Positions 10,759 through 18,909 of a DNA stretch of 64,000 bases are shown here, one piece after another. This DNA comes from a bacterium. GTDB taxonomy: Bacteria > SZUA-79 > Acidulodesulfobacterales > Acidulodesulfobacteraceae. The notes under the pieces were generated by a model. It made no database searches. It saw only the letters and a program-made list of their open reading frames with translations, and was not told the origin of the DNA. Location: positions 10,120 to 74,119 of the forward strand of contig JAKAQP010000002.1 in the NCBI GenBank assembly GCA_021822485.1, written 5' to 3'. A program made the position numbers and the translations under genes. Numbering within the stretch: position 1 is the stretch's first letter; every line of letters begins with the position of its first letter.

Positions 10759-11530
10759 CCTCCAAACGAACCATTTTTACATTAATATTGCCTGATTTAT
10801 CTGTTGGATGGTCCATTTTATAAGATTCCGATACTTCGTCAAGAAAAGTTTCCCTTAATGTTTCAGGCAAGCAATCCGTAAATGGAAACCATGTAGTCCT
10901 TAACCAGCCTTTAAAACTTTCTTCTCCGGCATGTTTAATATTCTTTTTAGTCAATTCCAATCGTAGAGGCTTAAAATTATTTTCCGAAAGCCATATCTCG
11001 TAGTCTTTTATATCGTAAAAATAATACGGCGTAACGAAATTATTGAAATACTTACTCCAATCCGGTTTGTTAAGGACTAATTTAACGGTATTCAAAACTT
11101 CATCCACATTGCCGCGTCCGCCCATTTGAAATAAAATTCTGCCTTTCGGCTTAAGGCAGGCATGAACTTTTCTAAGAACGTAGCTATGGTCTTTTATCCA
11201 GTGAAGACAAGCATTAGAAAAAGCAATATCGAATTTTTTAGAGAATTTAATCTCTCCTGCATCCATTCGATAAAATGTCAGATTTTGAAATTTATCGTTT
11301 GGAAATTCTTTCGACGCTAAATTTATCATATTTTCGGATGCATCTATGCCGACTACTTCCCCTTTTTTTAGCATCTTAGATAATTTTGCGCTTATTTTTC
11401 CGTCTCCGCAACCTATATCGAGTAAGGATTCACTGCCGATTAAGGAAAGTTTTTCGATAAGTTCTTCGCCTAATTGCAACTGGCATTTAGAATTCTTTGC
11501 GTAATCTTCGGCATTCCAATTATGCTTCAT
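10739..11530 (-). CDS. class I SAM-dependent methyltransferase (trans-aconitate methyltransferase-like)
   Basis: 263 aa. SAM-binding motif I LLDIGCGDGK, post-I acidic residue in VVGIDAS, motif II DIAFSNACLHW. Confidence 0.8.
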   Translation of the reverse strand: MKHNWNAEDYAKNSKCQLQLGEELIEKLSLIGSESLLDIGCGDGKISAKLSKMLKKGEVVGIDASENMINLASKEFPNDKFQNLTFYRMDAGEIKFSKKFDIAFSNACLHWIKDHSYVLRKVHACLKPKGRILFQMGGRGNVDEVLNTVKLVLNKPDWSKYFNNFVTPYYFYDIKDYEIWLSENNFKPLRLELTKKNIKHAGEESFKGWLRTTWFPFTDCLPETLRETFLDEVSESYKMDHPTDKSGNINVKMVRLEVEAYAV

Positions 11531-11583
11531 ATTAACCTCCGTTTTACATCATAATAATGGAATTGTTATCAATTTAATATATC

Positions 11584-11622
11584 TTGAATATATTATAAGA
11601 TTTGATTTATAATGAATCAAAT
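11584..11622 (+). promoter_or_regulatory. candidate lysR-gene promoter with a perfect dyad flanking the -10
   Basis: TTGAAT (11584-11589), 18 nt, TATAAT (11608-11613). The -10 sits at the centre of the perfect 8-bp inverted repeat ATTTGATT/AATCAAAT (11600-11607 / 11615-11622), 35 nt upstream of the LysR start codon. Confidence 0.4.
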
Positions 11623-11656
11623 GAATAATTTTTATAATTAAAATGATTATATACTC

Positions 11657-12547
11657 ATGACGTTAACTCAATTAAATATTTTAAAAACCCTCATAGAATC
11701 CCAAAGCTTCACAAAAACGGCGGAAGCTCTTTATATAACGCAGTCCGCAGTGAGCCATTCCGTAGCATCGCTTGAAAACGAACTAGAAATAAAATTAGTT
11801 AAAAGCGACAAAAAGACCGTTACCCTTACGGAAGCTGGCGAAAAAGTTTATAATCACTCCAGAGATATTTTAAACAGAATAGAAAGGTTAAAAGAAGATA
11901 TATCGGCATTAAAAAATTTACAGACCGGCAGTCTTAAAATAGGATGTTTTCAAAGCGTTTCCGTTAGAATTTTGCCGGGAATTCTAAAAGAATTCAAACG
12001 CAAATATCCGGGCATAGAAGTTTCATGGTTTGAAGGAACAGATTTGGAAGTAACGGATTGGCTGTTAAAAGGTGCCGTTGATATAGGTTTTGTAGTACTT
12101 CCCGCAGAAGGACTCGAATACGTCCAGCTTTTAGAAGACAAAATGTTCGGAGTTTTTAACGAAAAACATCCGTTGTGTTCCAGAAAAAGCATAGGCTTAA
12201 AAGAACTTGTACGCGAACCGCTTTTAACTTTCAAGGGGTCAAGCTGCGGAATGCTGGTAGCGTCCAATTTAATAAATTCTATAAAGAAGACGGATGAAAT
12301 TAAAAATATAGAAGCGCGCAACATAGGCACTATTATCGAAATGGTCAGGGAAGGTATCGGGGTTGCCGTTATCCCTAAACTTGCAATCCCGCTTAATTAC
12401 AACGGGATATGTTCCGTTCCTATTAAACCGGAAATAAAGAGAAAAATTGCGCTAGCGGCGCAATCTTTAGATAACCTTTCTTTATCGGCAAAGGCTTTTG
12501 TAGAAATCACCGAAAAATTCATAGAGAAATTCAAAACTATTCATTAA
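11657..12547 (+). CDS. LysR-family transcriptional regulator
   Basis: 296 aa. N-terminal wHTH (FTKTAEALYITQSAVSHSVASLE) and a C-terminal substrate-binding fold. Divergent from the methyltransferase-GNAT pair. Confidence 0.9.
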   Translation: MTLTQLNILKTLIESQSFTKTAEALYITQSAVSHSVASLENELEIKLVKSDKKTVTLTEAGEKVYNHSRDILNRIERLKEDISALKNLQTGSLKIGCFQSVSVRILPGILKEFKRKYPGIEVSWFEGTDLEVTDWLLKGAVDIGFVVLPAEGLEYVQLLEDKMFGVFNEKHPLCSRKSIGLKELVREPLLTFKGSSCGMLVASNLINSIKKTDEIKNIEARNIGTIIEMVREGIGVAVIPKLAIPLNYNGICSVPIKPEIKRKIALAAQSLDNLSLSAKAFVEITEKFIEKFKTIH

Positions 12548-12802
12548 AGTTGTTCTTTTTTTGTGTATTTTTCCTAATATTAAAGTCTATTTTTGCCAAT
12601 GAAAAAGTTCCTGAACCTAAGTCAAAATTATACTGGAATATTATTTGAAAGGGCAAAATAGGATGCCTGTTTTAATTTTAAATTTTATAAAGTGCTAATT
12701 CTGGAATTAATTCAAAATGCTTATCTTCAGTCGAGGCAACAAGCAAATAAGTAAATCTTGTATAAATAATATACGATATGCACATTATAATTACATATAT
12801 AG

Positions 12803-13576
12803 TTAAAATTTAACATTAATATTAATGCTCGAAATTGTATTGAATGGTTTAAATCCCGCAGGAACAAGCGTTTGATATTCAAGTTCATAGTAGATAGCAA
12901 TATATATGTTTTTTACTATTTTCGTGCTCAATTTAGTTAAAGATTCGTAAAAAGAACCGCCTTTGTTTGCGAGATATGTCGTGATTTCCTCTTTAAACTT
13001 GACACCTTTGTTTAATTTCCAATGATACTTTGCTCGAATCATTGTCGTAATAGATCCAAAATACGGACCGCCGATAATTTTTTCCTGCCTTAATCCAGGC
13101 GCTAATTCTATGGACGCATTCATATTTTTAGAAATAATAAACTTTTTACCGTAGCCGATATTTTCGTATATTCTGTATCCGAATCCGGTAACAATATTCC
13201 TATCGAATCTTTCATCGGCAAAAATGTAGGAAGTTTTGTTGAAATAATAAGATGAATTTTCTTGCGTAATAAACCTTAAATAACTGAGCTGGCTATATTC
13301 TGTTATGTAATTGTAAACAAACCTGAGTTTATTATGCCATGGATAGTTTTTGTATTTTAGGTAGTCACGCGTATTTATATTAAATGACGGAATCGTTCCC
13401 GTCGTATTTGATATTCCAAGACCGATGCCCGCTTTTAGATTTTTATTATTTGTCTTTGTATTTGCATAAGATATTCCGGTAAAAACAATTAAATTTGCAA
13501 ATAAAATAAAGAATAATACAAAAATTAATTTACTTAAGATTTTAATGTAATTTTTTAAAATATTTATAATATGCAT
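12803..13576 (-). CDS. outer-membrane beta-barrel protein (DUF481/YdiY-like)
   Basis: The ORF runs to 13678, but the signal peptide (MHIINILKNYIKILSKLIFVLFFILFANLIVFTGISYA) starts at ATG 13576. Alternating amphipathic beta-strand pattern with Tyr/Gly-rich turns, and the C-terminal residue is Phe (NINVKF), as is typical of OMPs. Confidence 0.45.
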   Translation of the reverse strand: MHIINILKNYIKILSKLIFVLFFILFANLIVFTGISYANTKTNNKNLKAGIGLGISNTTGTIPSFNINTRDYLKYKNYPWHNKLRFVYNYITEYSQLSYLRFITQENSSYYFNKTSYIFADERFDRNIVTGFGYRIYENIGYGKKFIISKNMNASIELAPGLRQEKIIGGPYFGSITTMIRAKYHWKLNKGVKFKEEITTYLANKGGSFYESLTKLSTKIVKNIYIAIYYELEYQTLVPAGFKPFNTISSININVKF

Positions 13577-13628
13577 TAGATTAAATAATATGTTAAGATA
13601 TTCAAATTTGATTTGATATTGATAAAAA

Positions 13629-13904
13629 TTATCTTCTGATTGTTTTATGGCTGATTGTTTTATGGCCAGTCTGCTCAAATCTTATAACTTTCCGTTCTAA
13701 AAAGGGTTTATATTGAAAAACCGCTGCTGCGTTTTTAATTTTTAAAATCGTAAATAATTTTGGATGCATATTATTTTTAACCATAAGCCTATAAGAGCAT
13801 ATAAAATTTATCATTATCAATACTGGCGCAATACTGGCGGCCTTATTATAGGGCAATGCAAAAAAGACGGAAGAGTATATTTTTTCAATTATTAATTTTT
13901 TCAT
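13629..13904 (-). CDS. hypothetical 91-aa ORF (weak)
   Basis: Only an ORF call. No motif and no clear SD. It overlaps the extended N-terminus of the OMP ORF. Confidence 0.15.
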   Translation of the reverse strand: MKKLIIEKIYSSVFFALPYNKAASIAPVLIMINFICSYRLMVKNNMHPKLFTILKIKNAAAVFQYKPFLERKVIRFEQTGHKTISHKTIRR

Positions 13905-13940
13905 ATTAAAAATATAATAATCTTTTTAATTTATTAAAAC

Positions 13941-14128
13941 CCGCAGAGGTGGTTTGGCCGCAAACTCAGTTGGCAGTGAGTAAATAAAGAAATCTGTCCC
14001 TTTAATTTTTAATTCTTTAATTTAAACTGTTGCCGCTCAGAACTCCCTTCATATCTATCATAACAACTTTTTTCCGGTTTTAGCAAGCCTGAAAGTGGCG
14101 GGATAAGCTCCTCCGCCTGCTCCGCTAT
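13941..14128 (-). ncRNA. candidate structured RNA / cis-regulatory leader (class unknown)
   Basis: GC-rich patches (CCCGCAGAGGTGG, GGCCGC, GCCGCTCAG, GGCGGGATAAGCTCCTCCGCCTGCTCCGC) inside an otherwise very AT-rich 400-bp spacer. The distal pairing GCGGAGG/CCUCUGC is complete only on the - strand (G:U there, A:C on +). Local hairpins GGCGG-N11-CCGCC and ACUCA-N8-UGAGU. Confidence 0.25.
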
Positions 14129-14303
14129 AGTTAATAAATCTATTCATTTTTAAAACAATGTTATTTTTTTATAAAAAAAATTATAAAAAAAATTATTGAT
14201 TTAATTTTTTTTTTGTAATAAACTAAAAAGGATGTAAAAAAAATATAGCAATTGTCAAATCTATTTTTTTTAAATAATCTTTTAAAAATAAAATATAGGT
14301 TTA

Positions 14304-15188
14304 ATGTTGAAAAATCATATTATTTATTTTCCAGGCTGCGCAAATTCTTACGACCCTAAAACAAAAATAGAAAACATTTTTAGAGCATTAGATATAGATA
14401 TTAAGCCGGTTTCCGAATGGAACTGCTGCGGCGCTCCGCCATCGCACTATAAGCCGGATTTTTTTAATAAAGCGGTAATGCCCCTGAGAAATTTAGGTTT
14501 ATGTCAGAATGGCGGCGAAAATTTTTTATATTCCGGATGTTCGGTATGCGTAAATCAGATAAACGAATCCGTTAAACTTATAAATTCCGATTCCATGTTT
14601 AGAAAACAAGCGGATTACAGCCTGAAGCCGTTTAATGCTCAGCTTAAAGAATTTGAGCCTTTAAAGACGGGGGCGATTCATATTATAGATATTATTACAG
14701 ATACCGCGACCGAAGATAAACTGCTAAAAATCGTTCCGTCGAAAATAAAAGGGAATTCTATACTTCTATATACCGGATGCTACAACGATGAAGCTAGAAT
14801 AGAATCTTTAAAAAAAATATTCAAAATTATGGGTGCCGAAGTTAATATTTTTAATGATTGCTGCGGAGGCGAAAAATTGCAAAATATGACCCCGGTACAT
14901 TCTAAAAGAATTGAAAACGCAAATATAGCCGATAATTTTTTCAAACTAATAAACAAAAAAGCCGATGAAACAAATTCAGACTATATAGTCACGATTTGTT
15001 CTATGTGCGAAAAAAATATAGACGACGGCATGAAATTATCGGATTTAGATATATTTGCGCCGGTAATAGGCTTAGTAGAATTTATCGGTTTTATACTTGA
15101 TATTGAAGGTTGCGGAGAAATATTAAACAATATATTGTCTTGCGGAGTTAAACCTGAAAACGCAAAGTTAGAAGAGTACCGGATATAA
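14304..15188 (+). CDS. HdrB-like protein with two CCG domains
   Basis: 294 aa. Two complete C-Xn-CCG-Xm-C-X2-C motifs (YFPGC...NCCGAP...GCSVC and YTGC...DCCGGE...ICSMC). First gene of the Mo/W operon. Confidence 0.75.
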   Translation: MLKNHIIYFPGCANSYDPKTKIENIFRALDIDIKPVSEWNCCGAPPSHYKPDFFNKAVMPLRNLGLCQNGGENFLYSGCSVCVNQINESVKLINSDSMFRKQADYSLKPFNAQLKEFEPLKTGAIHIIDIITDTATEDKLLKIVPSKIKGNSILLYTGCYNDEARIESLKKIFKIMGAEVNIFNDCCGGEKLQNMTPVHSKRIENANIADNFFKLINKKADETNSDYIVTICSMCEKNIDDGMKLSDLDIFAPVIGLVEFIGFILDIEGCGEILNNILSCGVKPENAKLEEYRI

Positions 15189-15227
15189 AATAAAATAAAA
15201 TACTTTAATTAAAACGGAGGTAAAAAA

Positions 15228-17771
15228 ATGGATTTTGAGGAGTTAAAAAACGAAAAGTTCATGCGCGTAAAAGATAACAGGCTTATAAAAATAAAGCCTG
15301 ATCATCGTCCGCAGGAATCGACGAAAGAATACGACACTGTACGCTATTCCACCTGTACCAATATGTGCGAAAGCGGATGCGGTCTTAAAATATTCTTGAA
15401 AGACGGCAAAATTGTCGATGTTATGGGAGATCCGGAACACCCCCAGAACAGAGGCGGTCTTTGCTCTAAAGGCGTTGGCCAGATTCAATGGTGGTATGAC
15501 CCGCTAAGAGTTCATCATCCGATGATAAGGAAATCTTTAGCAGACGATTTTAAAAGGGTTTCATGGGATGATGCGCTTGATTTTGCGGCTGAAAGACTAA
15601 TAAAACTTCATGACGAATACGGCCCTGAGGCATTGACGGTTTTCAGAACGGGAAGATCTTCGTTCGGCAATAAAGAAGGCGGCGCGAGATTCGCCAGGAT
15701 ATTCGGTACGCCTAACGTTTACGGACAGGGACCTATATGCTGTGAAAGCCCCGGCGTTTCTATGAACTATGTTTTCGGCGCAAAAGGACTCGGCAGGCTT
15801 ATGAATCCTACTCAGGACTGGAAAAACTCCAAGTGTATTCTTGTAGTCGGCACAAATATGGCGGCGCAGGAAACTATTACGATGACCCACCTTCTCGATG
15901 CAAGAGATAACGGAGCATTTTTAATAGGCGTCGATCCGCGTTTTAACGCAACGCTTTCAAAATGCGATATAGGCATGAGAATCCGTTCGGGTTCGGACGC
16001 TATATTGTTTTTAGCTATGGGCAATATCATAATAAAAGAAAAACTTTATAATAAAGAATTTGTCGATAAATGGGTTGAAGGTTTTGAAGAGTATGCAAAA
16101 GAATGCGCTCAATGGACGCCTGAAAGAGCTGAAAAACTTACATACGTTCCCAAGGAAATGATTATAGAAGCCGCAAGAAGATTCGGCTCGGCAAGACCGG
16201 CATCCGTAACGGGAAATCTAGGTACTGCGCAGATATATAATTCGAACAACGTCAACAGGTCGATAGCGGCATTGTTAGCTCTTACCGGATCTATAGGCGT
16301 AAAAGGCGGCGGCTGGAACTGGCTGCATAACTGCCGTCCTCCTCTGAATTATGGACAAGATTTGAACGATCTGCCGGGTTTTAAAAGACCGCAGATAACG
16401 GACAAATTAATATCATGGGGAGACAGTTCGGTACCATGCATAATAAATGCGATGATGTATGAAAAACCCTATCCTGTTAAGGGTATTATATGGAACGGCG
16501 ACCATCTGCCGCAGTTTCCTAATTCATGGAAAATGGAAGAAGCGATGAAGAAAAATATAATTAATATTCATCTTTCCATATACCCAAACCATACATATAT
16601 GTTTAGTCATGTCGCGTTTCCTATAGCAATCTCCGTAGAAACAGACAGCGTTTGCCATCACGGGAACAACAGGCTCCTTCAGTGGCACAACAAAATAATA
16701 CCTTATCAGCATGAACACAGAGCCGATATCGATGTTTTCGACGGTCTTGCAAAAAGACTTAAAGGTAAAGCCGGACATTTCGATAAAGTCGAATTTAATC
16801 CGTGGGGATATTATAAAGAAGGTCCTGATAAAGGAAGAGTAAACGAAATTAAAATGACCGACTTCTTTAACGAGCAGGAATCGTTTACAAGAGGTATTAC
16901 TTACGAACTTCTTAATCCCGAAAAAAACCCGAAAGGCGGTTTGATGTGGCCCGTAATGTCGAAAGAAGAAGCTGTTTTCCAAGACGACGAAGCCGTTTTA
17001 AGGGGTAAATGGATAATGTATAAAGAAGGAGAAAATTATCCCGAATCCGACAAGAGATTCCCGACGCCTTCCGGCAAAATCGAATTAGCTTCCGAAGCTT
17101 TGGAAAAAATTGGCTGGTACAAAGTTCCTACGCAGGTTGAAGGTTCCGAATCGCCTCTCGGAAATTTTGAAAGAGCCAAGAAGTATCCGTTAGTACTGAA
17201 TACTACCAGAATAGCGCAGTCCTTCCACGAAGGAGGTCACTGGTGGCCGTGGAACGACGAACTCGAACCCGATAGAAATATAGAGATAAATCCAACTACC
17301 GCAGCGGTTATGGGCATCGAGGACGGAGACATGGTTATAGTAGAAAACGACAGAGGATGGGTTGAAGGTCCGGCATGGGTAACAGAAATGGTACCTGAAG
17401 ACGGAATATGGGCAAACTTCGGGTTTGACAGATATCAGCCGTTTCATCCGTATGAATCTATTAATACCGTTATAGACGATATTATAAAAGACCCGGTTTA
17501 TGGGCAGATACAGTTTAAAGCCGTCCTTTGCAGGGTTTATAGAAAAGGCGATACCGATCCGGATACTACCGCAAAAAAGACGCTTGAATTTTTGCAGAAA
17601 AGATTTCCGGAAGTTTGGGATCCTAAACACCAGGACAAAAATGTTATCGTAGGCAAATGGAAAAATCACTGGAAAGAATATCATGAACTTAGCATAGGCT
17701 GGAAAAAGCTTGTTAATTTTAAAGAGCCTGTCGAATGTACGCCTGTTTCCTGCGATATTCGTAAATACTAA
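15228..17771 (+). CDS. molybdopterin (Mo/W-bisPGD, MopB superfamily) oxidoreductase catalytic subunit, cytoplasmic, substrate unknown
   Basis: 847 aa with SD GGAGG. N-terminal FeS motif CTNMCESGC-X27-C (C-X3-C-X3-C-X27-C), no twin-arginine leader, candidate metal-ligand region GPICCESPG, and a C-terminal molybdopterin-binding barrel (IEINPTTAAVMGIEDGDMVIVEN) followed by an extra tail of about 90 aa. Confidence 0.85.
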   Translation: MDFEELKNEKFMRVKDNRLIKIKPDHRPQESTKEYDTVRYSTCTNMCESGCGLKIFLKDGKIVDVMGDPEHPQNRGGLCSKGVGQIQWWYDPLRVHHPMIRKSLADDFKRVSWDDALDFAAERLIKLHDEYGPEALTVFRTGRSSFGNKEGGARFARIFGTPNVYGQGPICCESPGVSMNYVFGAKGLGRLMNPTQDWKNSKCILVVGTNMAAQETITMTHLLDARDNGAFLIGVDPRFNATLSKCDIGMRIRSGSDAILFLAMGNIIIKEKLYNKEFVDKWVEGFEEYAKECAQWTPERAEKLTYVPKEMIIEAARRFGSARPASVTGNLGTAQIYNSNNVNRSIAALLALTGSIGVKGGGWNWLHNCRPPLNYGQDLNDLPGFKRPQITDKLISWGDSSVPCIINAMMYEKPYPVKGIIWNGDHLPQFPNSWKMEEAMKKNIINIHLSIYPNHTYMFSHVAFPIAISVETDSVCHHGNNRLLQWHNKIIPYQHEHRADIDVFDGLAKRLKGKAGHFDKVEFNPWGYYKEGPDKGRVNEIKMTDFFNEQESFTRGITYELLNPEKNPKGGLMWPVMSKEEAVFQDDEAVLRGKWIMYKEGENYPESDKRFPTPSGKIELASEALEKIGWYKVPTQVEGSESPLGNFERAKKYPLVLNTTRIAQSFHEGGHWWPWNDELEPDRNIEINPTTAAVMGIEDGDMVIVENDRGWVEGPAWVTEMVPEDGIWANFGFDRYQPFHPYESINTVIDDIIKDPVYGQIQFKAVLCRVYRKGDTDPDTTAKKTLEFLQKRFPEVWDPKHQDKNVIVGKWKNHWKEYHELSIGWKKLVNFKEPVECTPVSCDIRKY

Positions 17772-17783
17772 AATTAAATTTAA

Positions 17784-17838
17784 CCGGAAATTTGCATAGA
17801 TAATTTCATTGAAATAATGATAATATGCAAATTTCCGG
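17784..17838 (+). other. perfect 15-bp inverted repeat (intercistronic stem-loop)
   Basis: CCGGAAATTTGCATA (17784-17798) and TATGCAAATTTCCGG (17824-17838) with a 25-nt AT-rich loop, between the catalytic and FeS subunit genes. No U-tract follows. Confidence 0.6.
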
Positions 17839-17883
17839 ACGTTAAAAGAAATTTAACTTAAATAAAAAAATAGGAGTATAAAT

Positions 17884-18540
17884 ATGTCTTCGGAATACGG
17901 ATTTGACAGATTTCACCTTGGAGAAGAAAGAGCTTCCAGGATTACCCTGAAGTCTTCCACTCCAAAATATTCAATGAAGGTTAATATAGATAGATGCATA
18001 GGCTGCATGTCTTGCGAAGTATCTTGCAAAAAAGAACACAATCTTCCCGTCGGGCCCCGCAGAATGAGAGTTATACAGGTTGGACCTTATTTTATTAAAA
18101 AAGGACAACTAAAAACTGTTTATCTTCCCATGAACTGTTTTCACTGCGACGATGCGGCATGCGTAAAAGCCTGCCCTACAGGTTCTATGCAGAAAAGAGC
18201 AGACGGTATCGTATTTAACGACCCGAATACCTGTATCGGCTGTAAATCTTGCATACACGCTTGTCCTTTCGGTTCTCCGCAGTTTAACGAAGCAACGGGA
18301 AAAGTAACGAAGTGCGATTACTGCAAACACAGAATTGACGTAGGACTTTTGCCGGCATGCGTAACTTTGTGTTCGACCGATGCATTATGGTTCGGCAATA
18401 TAAACAGAATATCGACCATTGACAGAGAAAAGACTGCCAGAAAATTAACGGAACATTTATTTGGTTTTATTGCTCCTAATCCAAGCCAAATGGGAACATC
18501 AAACGTAAACGATACCGATAATGAGGTTAAAGTCGGATAA
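17884..18540 (+). CDS. four-cluster 4Fe-4S electron-transfer subunit (DmsB/PsrB/NrfC family), no Tat leader
   Basis: 218 aa with SD AGGAG. Four Cys groups: CIGCMSCEVSC, CFHCDDAACVKACP, CIGCKSCIHACP, CDYC...CVTLC. Confidence 0.85.
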   Translation: MSSEYGFDRFHLGEERASRITLKSSTPKYSMKVNIDRCIGCMSCEVSCKKEHNLPVGPRRMRVIQVGPYFIKKGQLKTVYLPMNCFHCDDAACVKACPTGSMQKRADGIVFNDPNTCIGCKSCIHACPFGSPQFNEATGKVTKCDYCKHRIDVGLLPACVTLCSTDALWFGNINRISTIDREKTARKLTEHLFGFIAPNPSQMGTSNVNDTDNEVKVG

Positions 18541-18595
18541 TTAAATATTTGACTATATTTGTAATGATATTAAAAATAAAACAAGGAGGTTATTT

Positions 18596-18841
18596 ATGGC
18601 AGAGATACTAAAGTCGGGAACCGTTTATAATGCGCCTATAAGAGTCGACTATTCAAACGGAGATTTCGATAAGGCTGAAGAAGCATTAAAAAAAGAAAAC
18701 GTTCATATCGTAGGAAGAAACGTCGCAAGCGTGACTCCTTACCATGCAACTATATTCGTAAGTTTAGAAGAAGAAGAAAAAGCTATAAAGACTATTAAAA
18801 AAGCGGGAATAAAAACATACCCCGTAGAACCATATTTTTAA
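18596..18841 (+). CDS. small (81 aa) protein of unknown function, likely accessory subunit
   Basis: Strong SD AAGGAGG 7 nt upstream of the ATG. No Cys residues or cofactor motif. A strong hairpin follows it. Confidence 0.5.
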   Translation: MAEILKSGTVYNAPIRVDYSNGDFDKAEEALKKENVHIVGRNVASVTPYHATIFVSLEEEEKAIKTIKKAGIKTYPVEPYF

Positions 18842-18849
18842 TTAACTTT

Positions 18850-18890
18850 AACAATAATAGCCGTCAAAACTATAGACGGCTATTATTGTT
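18850..18890 (+). terminator. hairpin terminator/attenuator after the 81-aa gene
   Basis: Perfect 16-bp inverted repeat AACAATAATAGCCGTC / GACGGCTATTATTGTT with a 9-nt loop. The 3' arm runs into TTGTTTTG. Confidence 0.5.
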
Positions 18891-18909
18891 TTGAAAAAAT
18901 AAAAACTCC

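Noticed and set aside
12695-12713. CTAATTCTGGAATTAATTC, which resembles the AATT-N-AATT core of the box-hairpin family.
   Set aside because: No complementary outer arms and no TTTGTG/CACAAA box are present. It is probably chance similarity in AT-rich DNA or a fully decayed copy.
13941-14128. Assignment of the GC-rich element to a named riboswitch class. Cobalamin was considered because of CACUGCCA and AAGGGA strings. Moco was considered because of the neighbouring Mo/W operon and GCCUGAAAGUGG. ykkC was considered because of GGCGGGAUAA.
   Set aside because: Only short fragments match what I remember of those consensus sequences, and the defining cores (GCCACUG box context, CCGAGCC, GGUCCGAGAG) are absent. 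The element is kept only as an unclassified candidate.
15228-17771. Selenocysteine recoding (in-frame TGA) in the MopB catalytic subunit, HdrA or MvhD-like genes.
   Set aside because: All three ORFs are uninterrupted and of normal length, with Cys at the candidate positions. No split ORF pair or SECIS-like context is needed to explain them.
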